Origin: Thermodesulfobacteriota bacterium
Lineage (GTDB): Bacteria > Desulfobacterota > Desulfobacteria > Desulfobacterales > C00003060
Direction: 5' to 3'
NCBI GenBank assembly: GCA_034189385.1
Contig: JAXHVD010000001.1
Coordinates: 288,001 to 352,000 of the forward strand
Length of the DNA stretch: 64,000 nt
The notes below the pieces were generated by a model. The model saw only the letters and a list, made by a program, of their open reading frames with translations, searched no databases and had not been told where the DNA came from. Positions 47,178 through 56,827 of this stretch are shown one piece after another; position 1 is the first letter of the stretch, and each line of letters opens with the position of its first letter. The position numbers were made by a program, and so were the translations under genes.

Positions 47178-48086
47178 ATGTGCGTGAGACCTTCCAGACA
47201 GACGTCCCGCCCTTTTATCTCCCGGCTTTCATCTTCTCTTGGGCGGCATTTCCTCTGGATCGTATCCCTAAGCCTTACCGGATTGGGGCTGCCTCATGTT
47301 GTCTCTTTCGCAAGAGCCCCTCTTGAGCCTGCCGTTGTCCAGGATATGGCTGATCCATATGCTGCTCCAGTTCCATCCTTAAGCCCGCAAGAGTGTGGGC
47401 GATGTCACACCGAATTCTATTACCTCTTGAAGAAAAATGGCGGCAAGCACCGAATAGACTGCAGGCGATGCCATGTCCAATTTCACCTCTACCGACCGGG
47501 AAAGGTACCGTATGAAGCCATTTTACCCAAATGTGAAACATGTCACGACTTGGTCCATGGAAAAGACTTGGCACAGTGTTCCGGGTGCCACAGTGAGGTC
47601 CACGCGCCATTGGAAATTCCCGGGCGGGGCCCCTTGGAGCAAGGGTGTGCTGTCTGCCATCCTGAAGTAGACAGGGAGATCAAGACATATATCACACATC
47701 ACACGGAGTTCTATTGCTCTGCCTGTCATCATACGAGGCACAGATACGTTCCTGAATGCATGGAATGCCATCAGCCCCATTCCAAGGAGATGACCCATGC
47801 GGACTGCCTGACCTGCCACCCCGCCCATAAGGCCCTCGAAGTGGTCTATCCAGATGATATCCCTCAGGAGTCATGCATTGTCTGTCACCGAAATGCTTAT
47901 GAAGTACTTGTGAGGAGTGGTACAAAGCACGGAGCTCTTGCCTGTACCGAGTGCCACCCAAAGAAACATCGAGCCATCTTGAGATGCCGGCAATGTCATG
48001 GGGAACCCCACGGGCCCGGGATGCTCGAAAAATTCAGGGTTTGCGGACAGTGCCACGGAATAGCCCATAGTCTATGTCAGGGATGA
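47178..48086 (+). CDS. Periplasmic or membrane-anchored dodecaheme c-type cytochrome
   Basis: 12 CxxCH in ~230 aa with regularly spaced distal His; N-terminal hydrophobic segment. Confidence 0.9.
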   Translation: MCVRPSRQTSRPFISRLSSSLGRHFLWIVSLSLTGLGLPHVVSFARAPLEPAVVQDMADPYAAPVPSLSPQECGRCHTEFYYLLKKNGGKHRIDCRRCHVQFHLYRPGKVPYEAILPKCETCHDLVHGKDLAQCSGCHSEVHAPLEIPGRGPLEQGCAVCHPEVDREIKTYITHHTEFYCSACHHTRHRYVPECMECHQPHSKEMTHADCLTCHPAHKALEVVYPDDIPQESCIVCHRNAYEVLVRSGTKHGALACTECHPKKHRAILRCRQCHGEPHGPGMLEKFRVCGQCHGIAHSLCQG

Positions 48087-50908
48087 CCACTAAAGAGAAG
48101 ACCTGCATCACCTTGTTTGTAACCCTTATGGTGTGCATCACCTTTTCTCCACCGACCCATGGGGGCCAAATATGTAAGGTCATTGCCCCCAAACGCCTAG
48201 CCAAGCTGCATTACTTTCCGGTGAACGTCGTCGTCCAATTGAGCCAGGAAGCAAAACCAGAGACCTTCACGGCGTCGCTAAATGGAAAGGACATGACAGG
48301 CAAGTTTTCAGAAATGGAAAAGGGCTTGAGTGCCCTTGTGGGGCCAGAGGATGGGTTAAAAATCGATGTGAGAACAGGAGCCCATCGTAAGATCAACTTA
48401 TTGAAAATCGGGGTCAAGGCAATAGAACCAGGACAAGACGTGAGCATTGAGACCTTCTTTTTTGTTGAAATAGACAGACTGATGACCGTGGGGCCTGAAG
48501 GTGGCATCATTGAAAGCCTAGACGGAAATGTTTGCATAGACATTCCCAAGGGCACGCTCTCTTCTTCCGCAATCATAGGGGTTGCCAAAGTCCCTGGTTT
48601 GGCCCAGGTTGGAGAGGCTTATCAACTGCTACCAGTGGGGGCTAGTTTCAACGAGCCTCTTACCGTTACTATGACATACACTCCCGCCGCTTTGCCTCGA
48701 GGTGTAACAGAAGAAGACCTGTTCCTCATTCAAGGGGAGGCATTCCCAAGGAAACTGGAGAACATCAGGGTAGACAAGACGGCCCACACGGTAAGTGGGA
48801 CCACTATGTCTTTTGCCAAGGTAACTCTTTCCCATTACATTGGAATAGGGAAAACATTGGAGGACATTCCCCGTGCCAAGGATTTTAGACTTCCCATAGG
48901 AGATGATTCTGATGCACCCTATTCCTGTGGGCATGATTACCAGGCGCCCTCTAAAAAAGACCTTGGAGAGACTTTGAGCCTGTTGCATCGCTCATCGTAT
49001 CCCAATCTTGATTATCCTAAGATCACATTCAATAGAGACGGAGCGGCGAACCAGTGGCAGGTTACGACAGCCTATGGCCGGACTAGGTCTGTCAACTCTC
49101 CATCGGGACCTACGAGGGACGCCAAGTCTCTTTATATGCAAGATGGGAAGATATTCAACAACGGTGAAGAGTGGATTGTCGGCGAGAGCAAAGATAGGAG
49201 TGAAAGGCTTTCTGTGCACGCCATGGCAGACGGCCTTGTCATGTTTAGTGGCCAGGGTTACGGAACCGCCATTGCCCTGGCACACCGGATACCTGCCGGT
49301 CCTATTTTGTCAATATACTCTCACCGGGGTGACAAGTCCCCCTGTGCTGTGGGAACCATGGTGCGCAGGGGTAACGTCATAGGAAAAGCGCCCGGTATTG
49401 GAACCCCGAGATCCTTTCTTCACTTTGCAATTGCAAAGGGATCGATCATTGAGGTGGATTCTGAAACCGGGGAGCTCAAGGTCCCAGCTACCTGGTACGT
49501 GGACTGGCAAGAGGATTCAGTATATGAGAAATACTATGACCCCACGAATTTTTTGCTCAACATAACGGGAAAATATCAATGGGGTTTTGATGTTGACGGC
49601 AACATGGATGGCTGGATCGTGGAAAGCTCTGAAAACGACAATGGAAGATATCCCACACAGGTAAAAGACGGACTGCTTTCTCTTAGATCAAGAGTAAGCA
49701 GTTTTCAGTTAGAGAGTTATCCGCTGAAGATAGAGGCTGAGCGTTTTGACTCCATTTTCATAAGGATGAGAAGTGACGCTTCTTCCGGGCACGGGGTGGT
49801 TTATTTTGCAACGGATGAAGAGTCTGAGTGGTCGGAAAAGAGAGCAGTGACTTTAGGGATAGTCCACGATGGCGAGTTTCACCAATACAGAGCTTTCATG
49901 GGAGATAATCCCCGGTGGAAAGGAGAGATTGCGGGAATTCGCTTGGTTTTTCTGGATATGCCCATTGGGGAAACAACAGAGACGGATTTCGATTACATCA
50001 GATTGGGAAGGGCCTATTTGTCGCGAACACCGGATACAGGACAGGCCAAGTGTTATGATGATATACAAGAGACCACGTGCCCTGCACCGCATGCGCCTTT
50101 CTACGGACAGGACGCTCATTACACCGTCAACGCACCAAGCTACGAGATCAAGCGTGTTGATGAGCATGAGGTCGTGATAGATCATGTCACAGGTCTCACA
50201 TGGCAACGGCACGACGACGGCATGAAGCGGACTTGGCGACAAGCTGTAGACTACTGCGAGAATCTCTCCCTGGGTGGATATGCCGACTGGCGGCTTCCTA
50301 CGAAGAAGGAATTGCAGAGTCTACTAAACTATCGCTTTTTCCGTCCGGCTTTGGACACAGCCTATTTTGCTTACTCTCACATGCCTGATGATTGTTACTG
50401 GTCAGCGACTACCCGGGTTTTTCTCTCGGTCTCTGCCTGGAAGCTCTCTTTCTGGGAAGGTCAGGCCGCCATCAGTGGTGAGAACGATCTCAACTATGTT
50501 CGGGCAGTACGTGGCAGAGCGTTAGAATTTGGCCACTTTGTCGACAATGGAGATGGCACCGTGACTGATACGAGCAGTGGCCTTATGTGGCAGCAAACGG
50601 AGACAAAGGCCATGAGATGGAAAAAGGCATTGGCCTACTGTGAAGACACTGAGCTTGGAGGATACCAAGATTGGAGACTGCCGAATATCCGAGAACTATT
50701 GAGCCTGGTGGATGAAAACGTTGACGCACCCGCTATCAACGCAGGGTTCTTTCCTGGCTGTCGGCCCCGTACCTACTGGTCAAGCACCACCCATACAGGG
50801 TTTCCAGGCTATGCCTGGGGTGTGCCTTTTGAGGGCGGGGCTCAGTCCCTTCGAGCGTCCCAGAAAGGACGCGCCAACTATGTGCGTGCTGTGAGGGGTG
50901 GGAATTGA
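48074..50908 (+). CDS. Secreted multidomain protein: ZU5-like, degenerate M23 peptidase-like, CBM-like, two DUF1566 (Lcl C-terminal) domains
   Basis: VGPEGG....DG...IDIP; AMADG.V...YSH...V.RG.VIG...LHFAI; two VTGL.WQ...W..A..YC....GGY.DWRLP...EL...YWS.T...YVRAVRG units. Confidence 0.75.
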   Translation: MSGMTTKEKTCITLFVTLMVCITFSPPTHGGQICKVIAPKRLAKLHYFPVNVVVQLSQEAKPETFTASLNGKDMTGKFSEMEKGLSALVGPEDGLKIDVRTGAHRKINLLKIGVKAIEPGQDVSIETFFFVEIDRLMTVGPEGGIIESLDGNVCIDIPKGTLSSSAIIGVAKVPGLAQVGEAYQLLPVGASFNEPLTVTMTYTPAALPRGVTEEDLFLIQGEAFPRKLENIRVDKTAHTVSGTTMSFAKVTLSHYIGIGKTLEDIPRAKDFRLPIGDDSDAPYSCGHDYQAPSKKDLGETLSLLHRSSYPNLDYPKITFNRDGAANQWQVTTAYGRTRSVNSPSGPTRDAKSLYMQDGKIFNNGEEWIVGESKDRSERLSVHAMADGLVMFSGQGYGTAIALAHRIPAGPILSIYSHRGDKSPCAVGTMVRRGNVIGKAPGIGTPRSFLHFAIAKGSIIEVDSETGELKVPATWYVDWQEDSVYEKYYDPTNFLLNITGKYQWGFDVDGNMDGWIVESSENDNGRYPTQVKDGLLSLRSRVSSFQLESYPLKIEAERFDSIFIRMRSDASSGHGVVYFATDEESEWSEKRAVTLGIVHDGEFHQYRAFMGDNPRWKGEIAGIRLVFLDMPIGETTETDFDYIRLGRAYLSRTPDTGQAKCYDDIQETTCPAPHAPFYGQDAHYTVNAPSYEIKRVDEHEVVIDHVTGLTWQRHDDGMKRTWRQAVDYCENLSLGGYADWRLPTKKELQSLLNYRFFRPALDTAYFAYSHMPDDCYWSATTRVFLSVSAWKLSFWEGQAAISGENDLNYVRAVRGRALEFGHFVDNGDGTVTDTSSGLMWQQTETKAMRWKKALAYCEDTELGGYQDWRLPNIRELLSLVDENVDAPAINAGFFPGCRPRTYWSSTTHTGFPGYAWGVPFEGGAQSLRASQKGRANYVRAVRGGN

Positions 50909-50941
50909 CATAGGTCTTTCACCCCTGCTTGTTAAAGACGG

Positions 50942-53900
50942 CTATTCAGGATAGTGATATCCTAAATCTACTATTCCAGCATCGCCCACCCTATCTGTCC
51001 TGGTGGTCTTGACATCCAGACCAAGTTCTGCAGCCGTTTTACTCCCTGCGTTTACACAGGGACTATTGGCATCTTGCCCGGCAGCCCGCTGGCTCAGAAA
51101 ATAGTCGCCATTCTTTTCCGATGCAACAGCGGCAAACAAGGGATCTTTAGAAAAATCTTTGTCTCCAGCGACACAGCCGGCATATTCCTTGTCATTATTC
51201 CAAACGTTGTTGTGGTCGATGATCATGGTCGCTCCGGGTGCTGGGAATAACTCCGTCCCAGTATAGTTGGCAATTCCCGCCACCTTGTTGTTGGTAACAA
51301 TGTTATCTTCCACGATGGCATCAAAATCCCCAGAGTAAGGCCAGCCAAAGATCAACCCTCCGCCTCTATCCTGCTTATCGTCGCGGTGATTGTTCGAGTC
51401 AATAGTATTGTTTGAGATGATGATCTTGCTAAGATTAAAGGACGTGACGCTGATCCCACCTTGGTGGTTGTTAATGATGAGATTGTTGTTGATGATGATG
51501 TCCTCTCCAGCAAACCTTCGTATGGTAGCCATGGGGCTGATCACAATGCCAAAAACGTTGTCAAAGATGTGGTTCCCGTCAACACGTGGAGAAGCCACTT
51601 CCCGTGCCCCGATTCCGATTCTATTTCCGTAGATATAGTTTTCCTTGATTCGAGGTGCTGCAAGTCCCCTGCAACCTACACCAACGACGCGGTTGTTGTA
51701 AATATGGTTATTGAAGATATGGGCCGTGCTCCCCCTTCCGTTGCCAATGCCTATCATGTTCTCGTAGATCTCATTATTGTATATCTTTGTCTTGCCGCTC
51801 AGTATTTCCCTGCCATGGACCCCTATGGCATTGTGGTGATTGCGAGTAATCTTGTTGTTTGAAATAGTAGGCGAAGAATCCCATGCATTGATGCCGTGCC
51901 CCATGGGTCCCTTCCCGCCTCCTGTGATGATAAACCCTTCTATTTTACCGGCCCTATCACCAAGGTAGGGCACCATAATGGTGTTTACGTTTCCTTCTTG
52001 GCTTCCTCCGTCTATGGTGGGCCATCCTATGCCTATCAAGTTCACATTCTTGTCCATCACGATGGTTTCTTGGTAAATGCCTTTCTGGACCAGGATGTCG
52101 TCGCCTGGGTTCGCAGCATCCACTGCCGATTGCATGGTAGGATACTCCTCTGGGACCCGTCTTTTGCCGTCAACTGCGTTGTGTTTCGTGCTGACATAAG
52201 CGGTGTCAGGACTGCTGTCTGTCTTCCCGTCACTTACGACCAGCTTCAACTCGTAGCAGCCCAATGCATCTACCGAAAGCGTGGGGCTCACGGCATTGGG
52301 ATCTGAGAGGGCGGCCTGGCTTCCAGAAGGCCTAAAAGTGAGTTGCCACTTGTAACTGAGAGCATCACCGTCGGGGTCCTTACTGCCGCCTCCAAAGAGG
52401 GTCACCACATCACCCACATAGACGTTAGATATGAATTCTCCAGCATTGGCTGTCGGGGGGTGATTGCCCAGAGTACCAATTCTGACGGTGTGGGGATCAC
52501 CGGATGCGCCCCACCTGTCTTTTACTGTGAGTTGCACGACGTAGTCGCCCTGGACATCCACTGTAAAGGCTGGGTTCGCCGTTTTAGGATCAGAAAGCTT
52601 CGCCTGGCTTGTTAGCGGTCGGGAGATGAACGCCCATCGATAGGATATGGCATCTCCATTGGGATCTGCGCTATGGCTGCCATCGAGGATGACGTTATCG
52701 CCTACATATACGCTTTGTGCCGGACCGGCGTGGGCTTGGGGAGGATCATTCGGCCCTTTTTCTTCAGGCATGGCAAACGGTCCGCCATAGGCCCCCATAT
52801 CATTTACTGACGAGCCTAAAGAAGCAGGGAAGTGCACATCGTCAAACTCTGGACTGGGATCTCCCCTATCAATGGCCGGGGAGGCCGGTCGCAAATGATA
52901 GTCATGATGTGTCGCATCCACATACAGTGGATCGGCAATGATGTCGTTGTGTTTTAAGAAGCTCTTCTCGTCTTCAAACCCCCCATATTGGCGCCGAATG
53001 CACCAAAGGTAATGGGGGGCACAGTTGCCCGTTCTGTTATTAGAAAAGAGCAAGTTATAGGAATATCCCTCTCCGGAAGCCCGGATTCCAGCATCCTCAT
53101 TATGGGTAATGATATTATTCTTTATGTCAGGCACAGCAGAGGGATCCTCCACCACAATGCCCGACCGACCATTGGCCACCACCGTATTGTTGATCACGTC
53201 AAGGGGCGTAATGACGCACCTGATGCCGGCCGACTTGTTCTCATAGAGAATGTTGTTGGATATGGTCCCTGTGGCCGCCTTGGCCTCAATACCCGCTAGG
53301 GAGTTGTTGTGTATGATGTTGTTTAGGACCTCAAATGTAGAGGTCACCATTCCCCCAGTGGCAATTCCGGCCATTCCATTTTCCCTGATGGTATTGCCTT
53401 TGATCTTCAGTGAGCACCCGTTTTCCAGGTAGATCCCCGCCTCTTCATTCTTTCTGATGAGATTATGGGCTATGATGGCAGAACTGCCGCCACAGTAGAT
53501 GCCTGCAGGGGCATTTGCCTCTATGATATTGTTCCTTATGGTAGGAGACGTTGACTTGCAGTACACGCCTGCGCCTGAGCTAACTGTGGCCCCCGCGCCT
53601 TCAACGCGGGTGCCATTTACGATGGTAAAGCCGTCCAATGTGGCATCGTCAGCGCCATATACGACCCATCCGCCCTTTTTTCTCCCATCTATGGTCGATA
53701 TATATATGGATGTGTCTCGTTGCGAAAAATTGTCATTCCAACCCCCTTCTAACGTCACGCCCTTCTTCAACGTGATGTTCTCATAATACGTTCCCTGAGA
53801 GACCTGGACCGTGTCCCCCTTTGCCGCCGCATCCAAGGCTTCCTGAATGGTCCCATAGCCTTCTGGGACACGGATAGTGGCGGCCCAACACCGTTTTTCA

Positions 53901-53977
53901 AGGCCCAGTCCAGCTATCCATACTAAAACACCTGCCATGATGACTGAAGGCAGATAACATTTTCTCACGGTTTTCAT
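50942..53977 (-). CDS. Secreted protein: beta-helix, two PKD-like domains, second beta-helix
   Basis: RVPEGYGTIQEA and RVPEEYPTMQSA starts; PP.A.AG...LDGS.S.DP.GD...Y.W units; start at ATG 53977 after a GGAGG RBS. Confidence 0.85.
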   Translation of the reverse strand: MKTVRKCYLPSVIMAGVLVWIAGLGLEKRCWAATIRVPEGYGTIQEALDAAAKGDTVQVSQGTYYENITLKKGVTLEGGWNDNFSQRDTSIYISTIDGRKKGGWVVYGADDATLDGFTIVNGTRVEGAGATVSSGAGVYCKSTSPTIRNNIIEANAPAGIYCGGSSAIIAHNLIRKNEEAGIYLENGCSLKIKGNTIRENGMAGIATGGMVTSTFEVLNNIIHNNSLAGIEAKAATGTISNNILYENKSAGIRCVITPLDVINNTVVANGRSGIVVEDPSAVPDIKNNIITHNEDAGIRASGEGYSYNLLFSNNRTGNCAPHYLWCIRRQYGGFEDEKSFLKHNDIIADPLYVDATHHDYHLRPASPAIDRGDPSPEFDDVHFPASLGSSVNDMGAYGGPFAMPEEKGPNDPPQAHAGPAQSVYVGDNVILDGSHSADPNGDAISYRWAFISRPLTSQAKLSDPKTANPAFTVDVQGDYVVQLTVKDRWGASGDPHTVRIGTLGNHPPTANAGEFISNVYVGDVVTLFGGGSKDPDGDALSYKWQLTFRPSGSQAALSDPNAVSPTLSVDALGCYELKLVVSDGKTDSSPDTAYVSTKHNAVDGKRRVPEEYPTMQSAVDAANPGDDILVQKGIYQETIVMDKNVNLIGIGWPTIDGGSQEGNVNTIMVPYLGDRAGKIEGFIITGGGKGPMGHGINAWDSSPTISNNKITRNHHNAIGVHGREILSGKTKIYNNEIYENMIGIGNGRGSTAHIFNNHIYNNRVVGVGCRGLAAPRIKENYIYGNRIGIGAREVASPRVDGNHIFDNVFGIVISPMATIRRFAGEDIIINNNLIINNHQGGISVTSFNLSKIIISNNTIDSNNHRDDKQDRGGGLIFGWPYSGDFDAIVEDNIVTNNKVAGIANYTGTELFPAPGATMIIDHNNVWNNDKEYAGCVAGDKDFSKDPLFAAVASEKNGDYFLSQRAAGQDANSPCVNAGSKTAAELGLDVKTTRTDRVGDAGIVDLGYHYPE

Positions 53978-53984
53978 TACGCTT

Positions 53985-55058
53985 TTACCCTCCTGAATAT
54001 GCTTTGGGTCCGCCGTATGCACCCATATCGTTCTTTGATCCGTCCGGATCATGATAGATCGGGTCAGGATTGCCAGTGTCTCTGCATGGGGACGCTGGCC
54101 TCAAGCGAAAATCGCCGTCCTTTGGGTTTACAAAGAGTGGATCAGCAGAGATATTCCCATTCAGGCCCCTGAAGCTACCGTCGCCTATGTCTGAATGATC
54201 GGGTCTGGAGGAAGGATTAAACAGCCCTGAATAGAGGTCATCCTCATTGTTCCACAGAATCGTATTGATAATCCTCACAGAGCCTTTGTCAAAGAACAGC
54301 CCCCCTCCATGAGAGGCGGAATTCGCCGTAATCGTATTATTGATGATCGTACAGGCCGACCGGTCACAAGAAATTCCACCACCTGATTTTCCCTGGTTTT
54401 CCCATATGCAGTTGTTAGTGATGCGGGGAGACCCCTTGTAGCAAAAGATGCCACCGCCGGCATTAGATGCCTCATTTCCTACTATCTTGTTGTTGCTGAT
54501 GTTCGGTGAGGCCCTGTACGAGGCAATGCCTCCTCCAAACCTAGTAGCCTTGTTTCTCGATATAACATTGTTCGTGATGATGGGAGAAGAGTAAGGAGCA
54601 CAATGGACCCCACCGCCAACGACTGCGCCATTTTCGGTAATGATGTTGTTCGTGATGGTGGGAGAGGATGAAGGAGCACAATAGACCCCCCCACCTTCAA
54701 GGCTTTGGGTAGCCTTATCGTCCATGGTCTTGATGGTAAATCCATCGATAACGGAGTGAGAGTTTTCTACAAAGGTGATCACAGGACTGTTTCCCATTCC
54801 TTCAATGACGGTTTTTCGGGGTCCATGTGCACTTTTCAAGATGATGGACTCTTTGCTGATCGTGATGTTCCCAGAGTAGAGCCGGTGTGTGCCTGACGCC
54901 ACTATAATGGTGTCGCCAGGTTGAGCGGCGTGGATAGCCTCTTGCATCGTCAAGTACTCATGGGGAACCCGAAGGGTGTTGGGCGAGGCATCGGTGGCAA
55001 CCACCAACATGGAGACGATGGCCCACAGTGCCGTTTTAAACAAAGTCACCTTTTCCAC
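53985..55058 (-). CDS. Secreted right-handed beta-helix repeat protein
   Basis: RVPHEY.TMQEAI; GGGI.C..SSP.I.NN repeats; NDMGAYGGP. Confidence 0.85.
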   Translation of the reverse strand: MEKVTLFKTALWAIVSMLVVATDASPNTLRVPHEYLTMQEAIHAAQPGDTIIVASGTHRLYSGNITISKESIILKSAHGPRKTVIEGMGNSPVITFVENSHSVIDGFTIKTMDDKATQSLEGGGVYCAPSSSPTITNNIITENGAVVGGGVHCAPYSSPIITNNVISRNKATRFGGGIASYRASPNISNNKIVGNEASNAGGGIFCYKGSPRITNNCIWENQGKSGGGISCDRSACTIINNTITANSASHGGGLFFDKGSVRIINTILWNNEDDLYSGLFNPSSRPDHSDIGDGSFRGLNGNISADPLFVNPKDGDFRLRPASPCRDTGNPDPIYHDPDGSKNDMGAYGGPKAYSGG

Positions 55059-56218
55059 CCAACGAAATCCACGCCCGCCGTGAGATTGTCATAAATATGA
55101 TTGCGCCTCATCATAGAGGCAGGGACATTTAACAGCCTTATTCCGGCAGTCAAATTGCCATGGATCTCATTATCCTCAATGATCGCTTCGTCCACGTTAA
55201 ACAGGGATATGCCGGCCAGTGCGTTATCAAAAATCGTGTTGAACATGATCTCAACCTTGTCTATCTTGGATGATAGAATGCCAGCCTTCAGGTTCCCGTA
55301 TATCTTGTTATTCTCAATAACCGCCCTGATATTGGTCTCTGCGCCACCGAGGCCCCTTAGACCAATACCGCCCCTTCTGTTATTGCATAGGATATTGTTC
55401 CGAATAATTAATGCCTGGTCCCGGGAATCCAGATTGATACCGCCAATGCCGGCGTCATTTCTGGTACATAGGTTGTTCTCAATGATCGGGCGGGCATATT
55501 CTCTGATCCCAATACCCGGTGCCCCCGGATCTTTATCCGTGGCCCCGGGAAACCGATTGTCAAATATCTCATTATCGGCAATAAGGGCAGCAGAATTCGG
55601 CCCATTGGAGATTCCAGGGCCATGATTATCGTAAATGACATTGTTTCGAATAAGGGGGCTGGCCACTGTCTCAAGGGGTGGGCCCATCCCTATCCCCAAA
55701 CCAGTGGATATCATGCCGCCCCAGCTGCGATTTTTTGCCACGATGTTGTTCACCACTTCAGGGGAACAACCTCGAATCTCGACTAAAAAGAGGTTGATGC
55801 CGGAGCGGTACTTGGGCATATTCACGATAGTGAATCCATCCAACCTCATGGGGGCCGTCGTGTCCTTGGGAAAGCTAATCAAATAGCCAGGGGCCTCGAT
55901 GCCGGTGCCGTCAATGATGGTCCTGGCTGTCCTTTTGAGTATCTTCTTCTCTCCGGGGCCATCCACTAGGTCATTACCGTCGGTGCCTGCAAAGCTCACC
56001 AAGCTCACCCCTTCCGTGATCTCGATGCGCTCGTTGTATGTGCCCGCTTTCACATAGACCGTGTCCCCAAAGCGGGCTGCGTTCATGGCTTCTCCAATGG
56101 TGGCGTAATCTTCTGGTACGAAGATCTCCCCAGCCCAGGCTCCATGGGTACTCCAGACTGTCAGAACCAGAAACAAAAAGCCCGTTTTGAGGTGCACAAT
56201 CAACCGATTTCTTTCCAT
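55046..56218 (-). CDS. Secreted right-handed beta-helix repeat protein
   Basis: Signal peptide after ATG 56218 (or 56224); IFVPEDYATI.EA; I.NN.I..N..AGI repeats. Confidence 0.8.
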   Translation of the reverse strand: MERNRLIVHLKTGFLFLVLTVWSTHGAWAGEIFVPEDYATIGEAMNAARFGDTVYVKAGTYNERIEITEGVSLVSFAGTDGNDLVDGPGEKKILKRTARTIIDGTGIEAPGYLISFPKDTTAPMRLDGFTIVNMPKYRSGINLFLVEIRGCSPEVVNNIVAKNRSWGGMISTGLGIGMGPPLETVASPLIRNNVIYDNHGPGISNGPNSAALIADNEIFDNRFPGATDKDPGAPGIGIREYARPIIENNLCTRNDAGIGGINLDSRDQALIIRNNILCNNRRGGIGLRGLGGAETNIRAVIENNKIYGNLKAGILSSKIDKVEIMFNTIFDNALAGISLFNVDEAIIEDNEIHGNLTAGIRLLNVPASMMRRNHIYDNLTAGVDFVGWKR

Positions 56219-56470
56219 AATCATTAGTTTTTGATAGTAACATACTTTCAGGGGTTGCGGCAAACACATTCTAGTAGCCATGGCCGTTTGCTCCCATGTC
56301 CAGCCCCCATTTGCGGAACATCCAGGCGTAGGACTGCCAGAGGCTTTTTTGCTCAAATTTCCACGCCAATTGAATAAAATAAGGCTCTCGTATAGCGATG
56401 TCAAAAGTCTTCGCCCATGGGAGTGAGGCCTTTTTGGCACAACTCCTTCTCACGTGACTCTGGAAGCTCT

Positions 56471-56546
56471 TTGATCCACCAGGGCGGACCGCTTAGTTCG
56501 ACGGAGTGGGGAATGGGTAGCCCCAAAAACCCAACGTGGGCGTTCG
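56471..56546 (+). repeat. Dispersed hairpin repeat, copy D
   Basis: ttgatccaccagggcggaccgcttagttcgacggagtggggaatgggtagccccaaaa matches the reverse complement of copy A. Confidence 0.7.
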
Positions 56547-56641
56547 GGCGCTTTAGGCAAGGCTCTCGGCGGGACGGTTGCCCTTTTTCTTGGCAGGAGG
56601 CGTGAAGAGGTCTCTTTACAGGTGTCAGGCGAGTTCCCGTC

Positions 56642-56677
56642 TAGCCCCTTGACAGGAAGGGGCTAACCTTGTATTCT
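56642..56677 (+). promoter_or_regulatory. Sigma70 promoter (TTGACA-17-TATTCT) overlapped by a 9-bp inverted repeat
   Basis: TTGACA 56649-56654, TATTCT 56672-56677; TAGCCCCTT/AAGGGGCTA straddles the -35. Confidence 0.65.
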
Positions 56678-56689
56678 TACGTCAAATTG

Positions 56690-56815
56690 AGCGGCTGAAG
56701 CCGCTTTTGTTCAGGGGCTGTCTAGGGGAAGAGTCCAACATACCGGAACGGTTCAATCGTGCTACGAAGGCACAGTGTCACGAGGAGGTGACGTGTTTCG
56801 TAGCTTTTTTGTTGA
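56690..56815 (+). promoter_or_regulatory. Structured 5' leader / attenuator, copy 1
   Basis: GCGGC-TGAA-GCCGC hairpin, CCAACA, small hairpin, AATCG, GCTACGAA...TTCGTAGC stem + T6. Confidence 0.6.
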
Positions 56816-56827
56816 GAGGAGAGAGTA

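Noticed and set aside
48074..50908. Diversity-generating retroelement (DUF1566 C-type-lectin-fold target plus Avd-like four-helix-bundle genes)
   Set aside because: No reverse transcriptase and no adenine-variant template repeat of the 3' end found in the window; a remote DGR cannot be excluded
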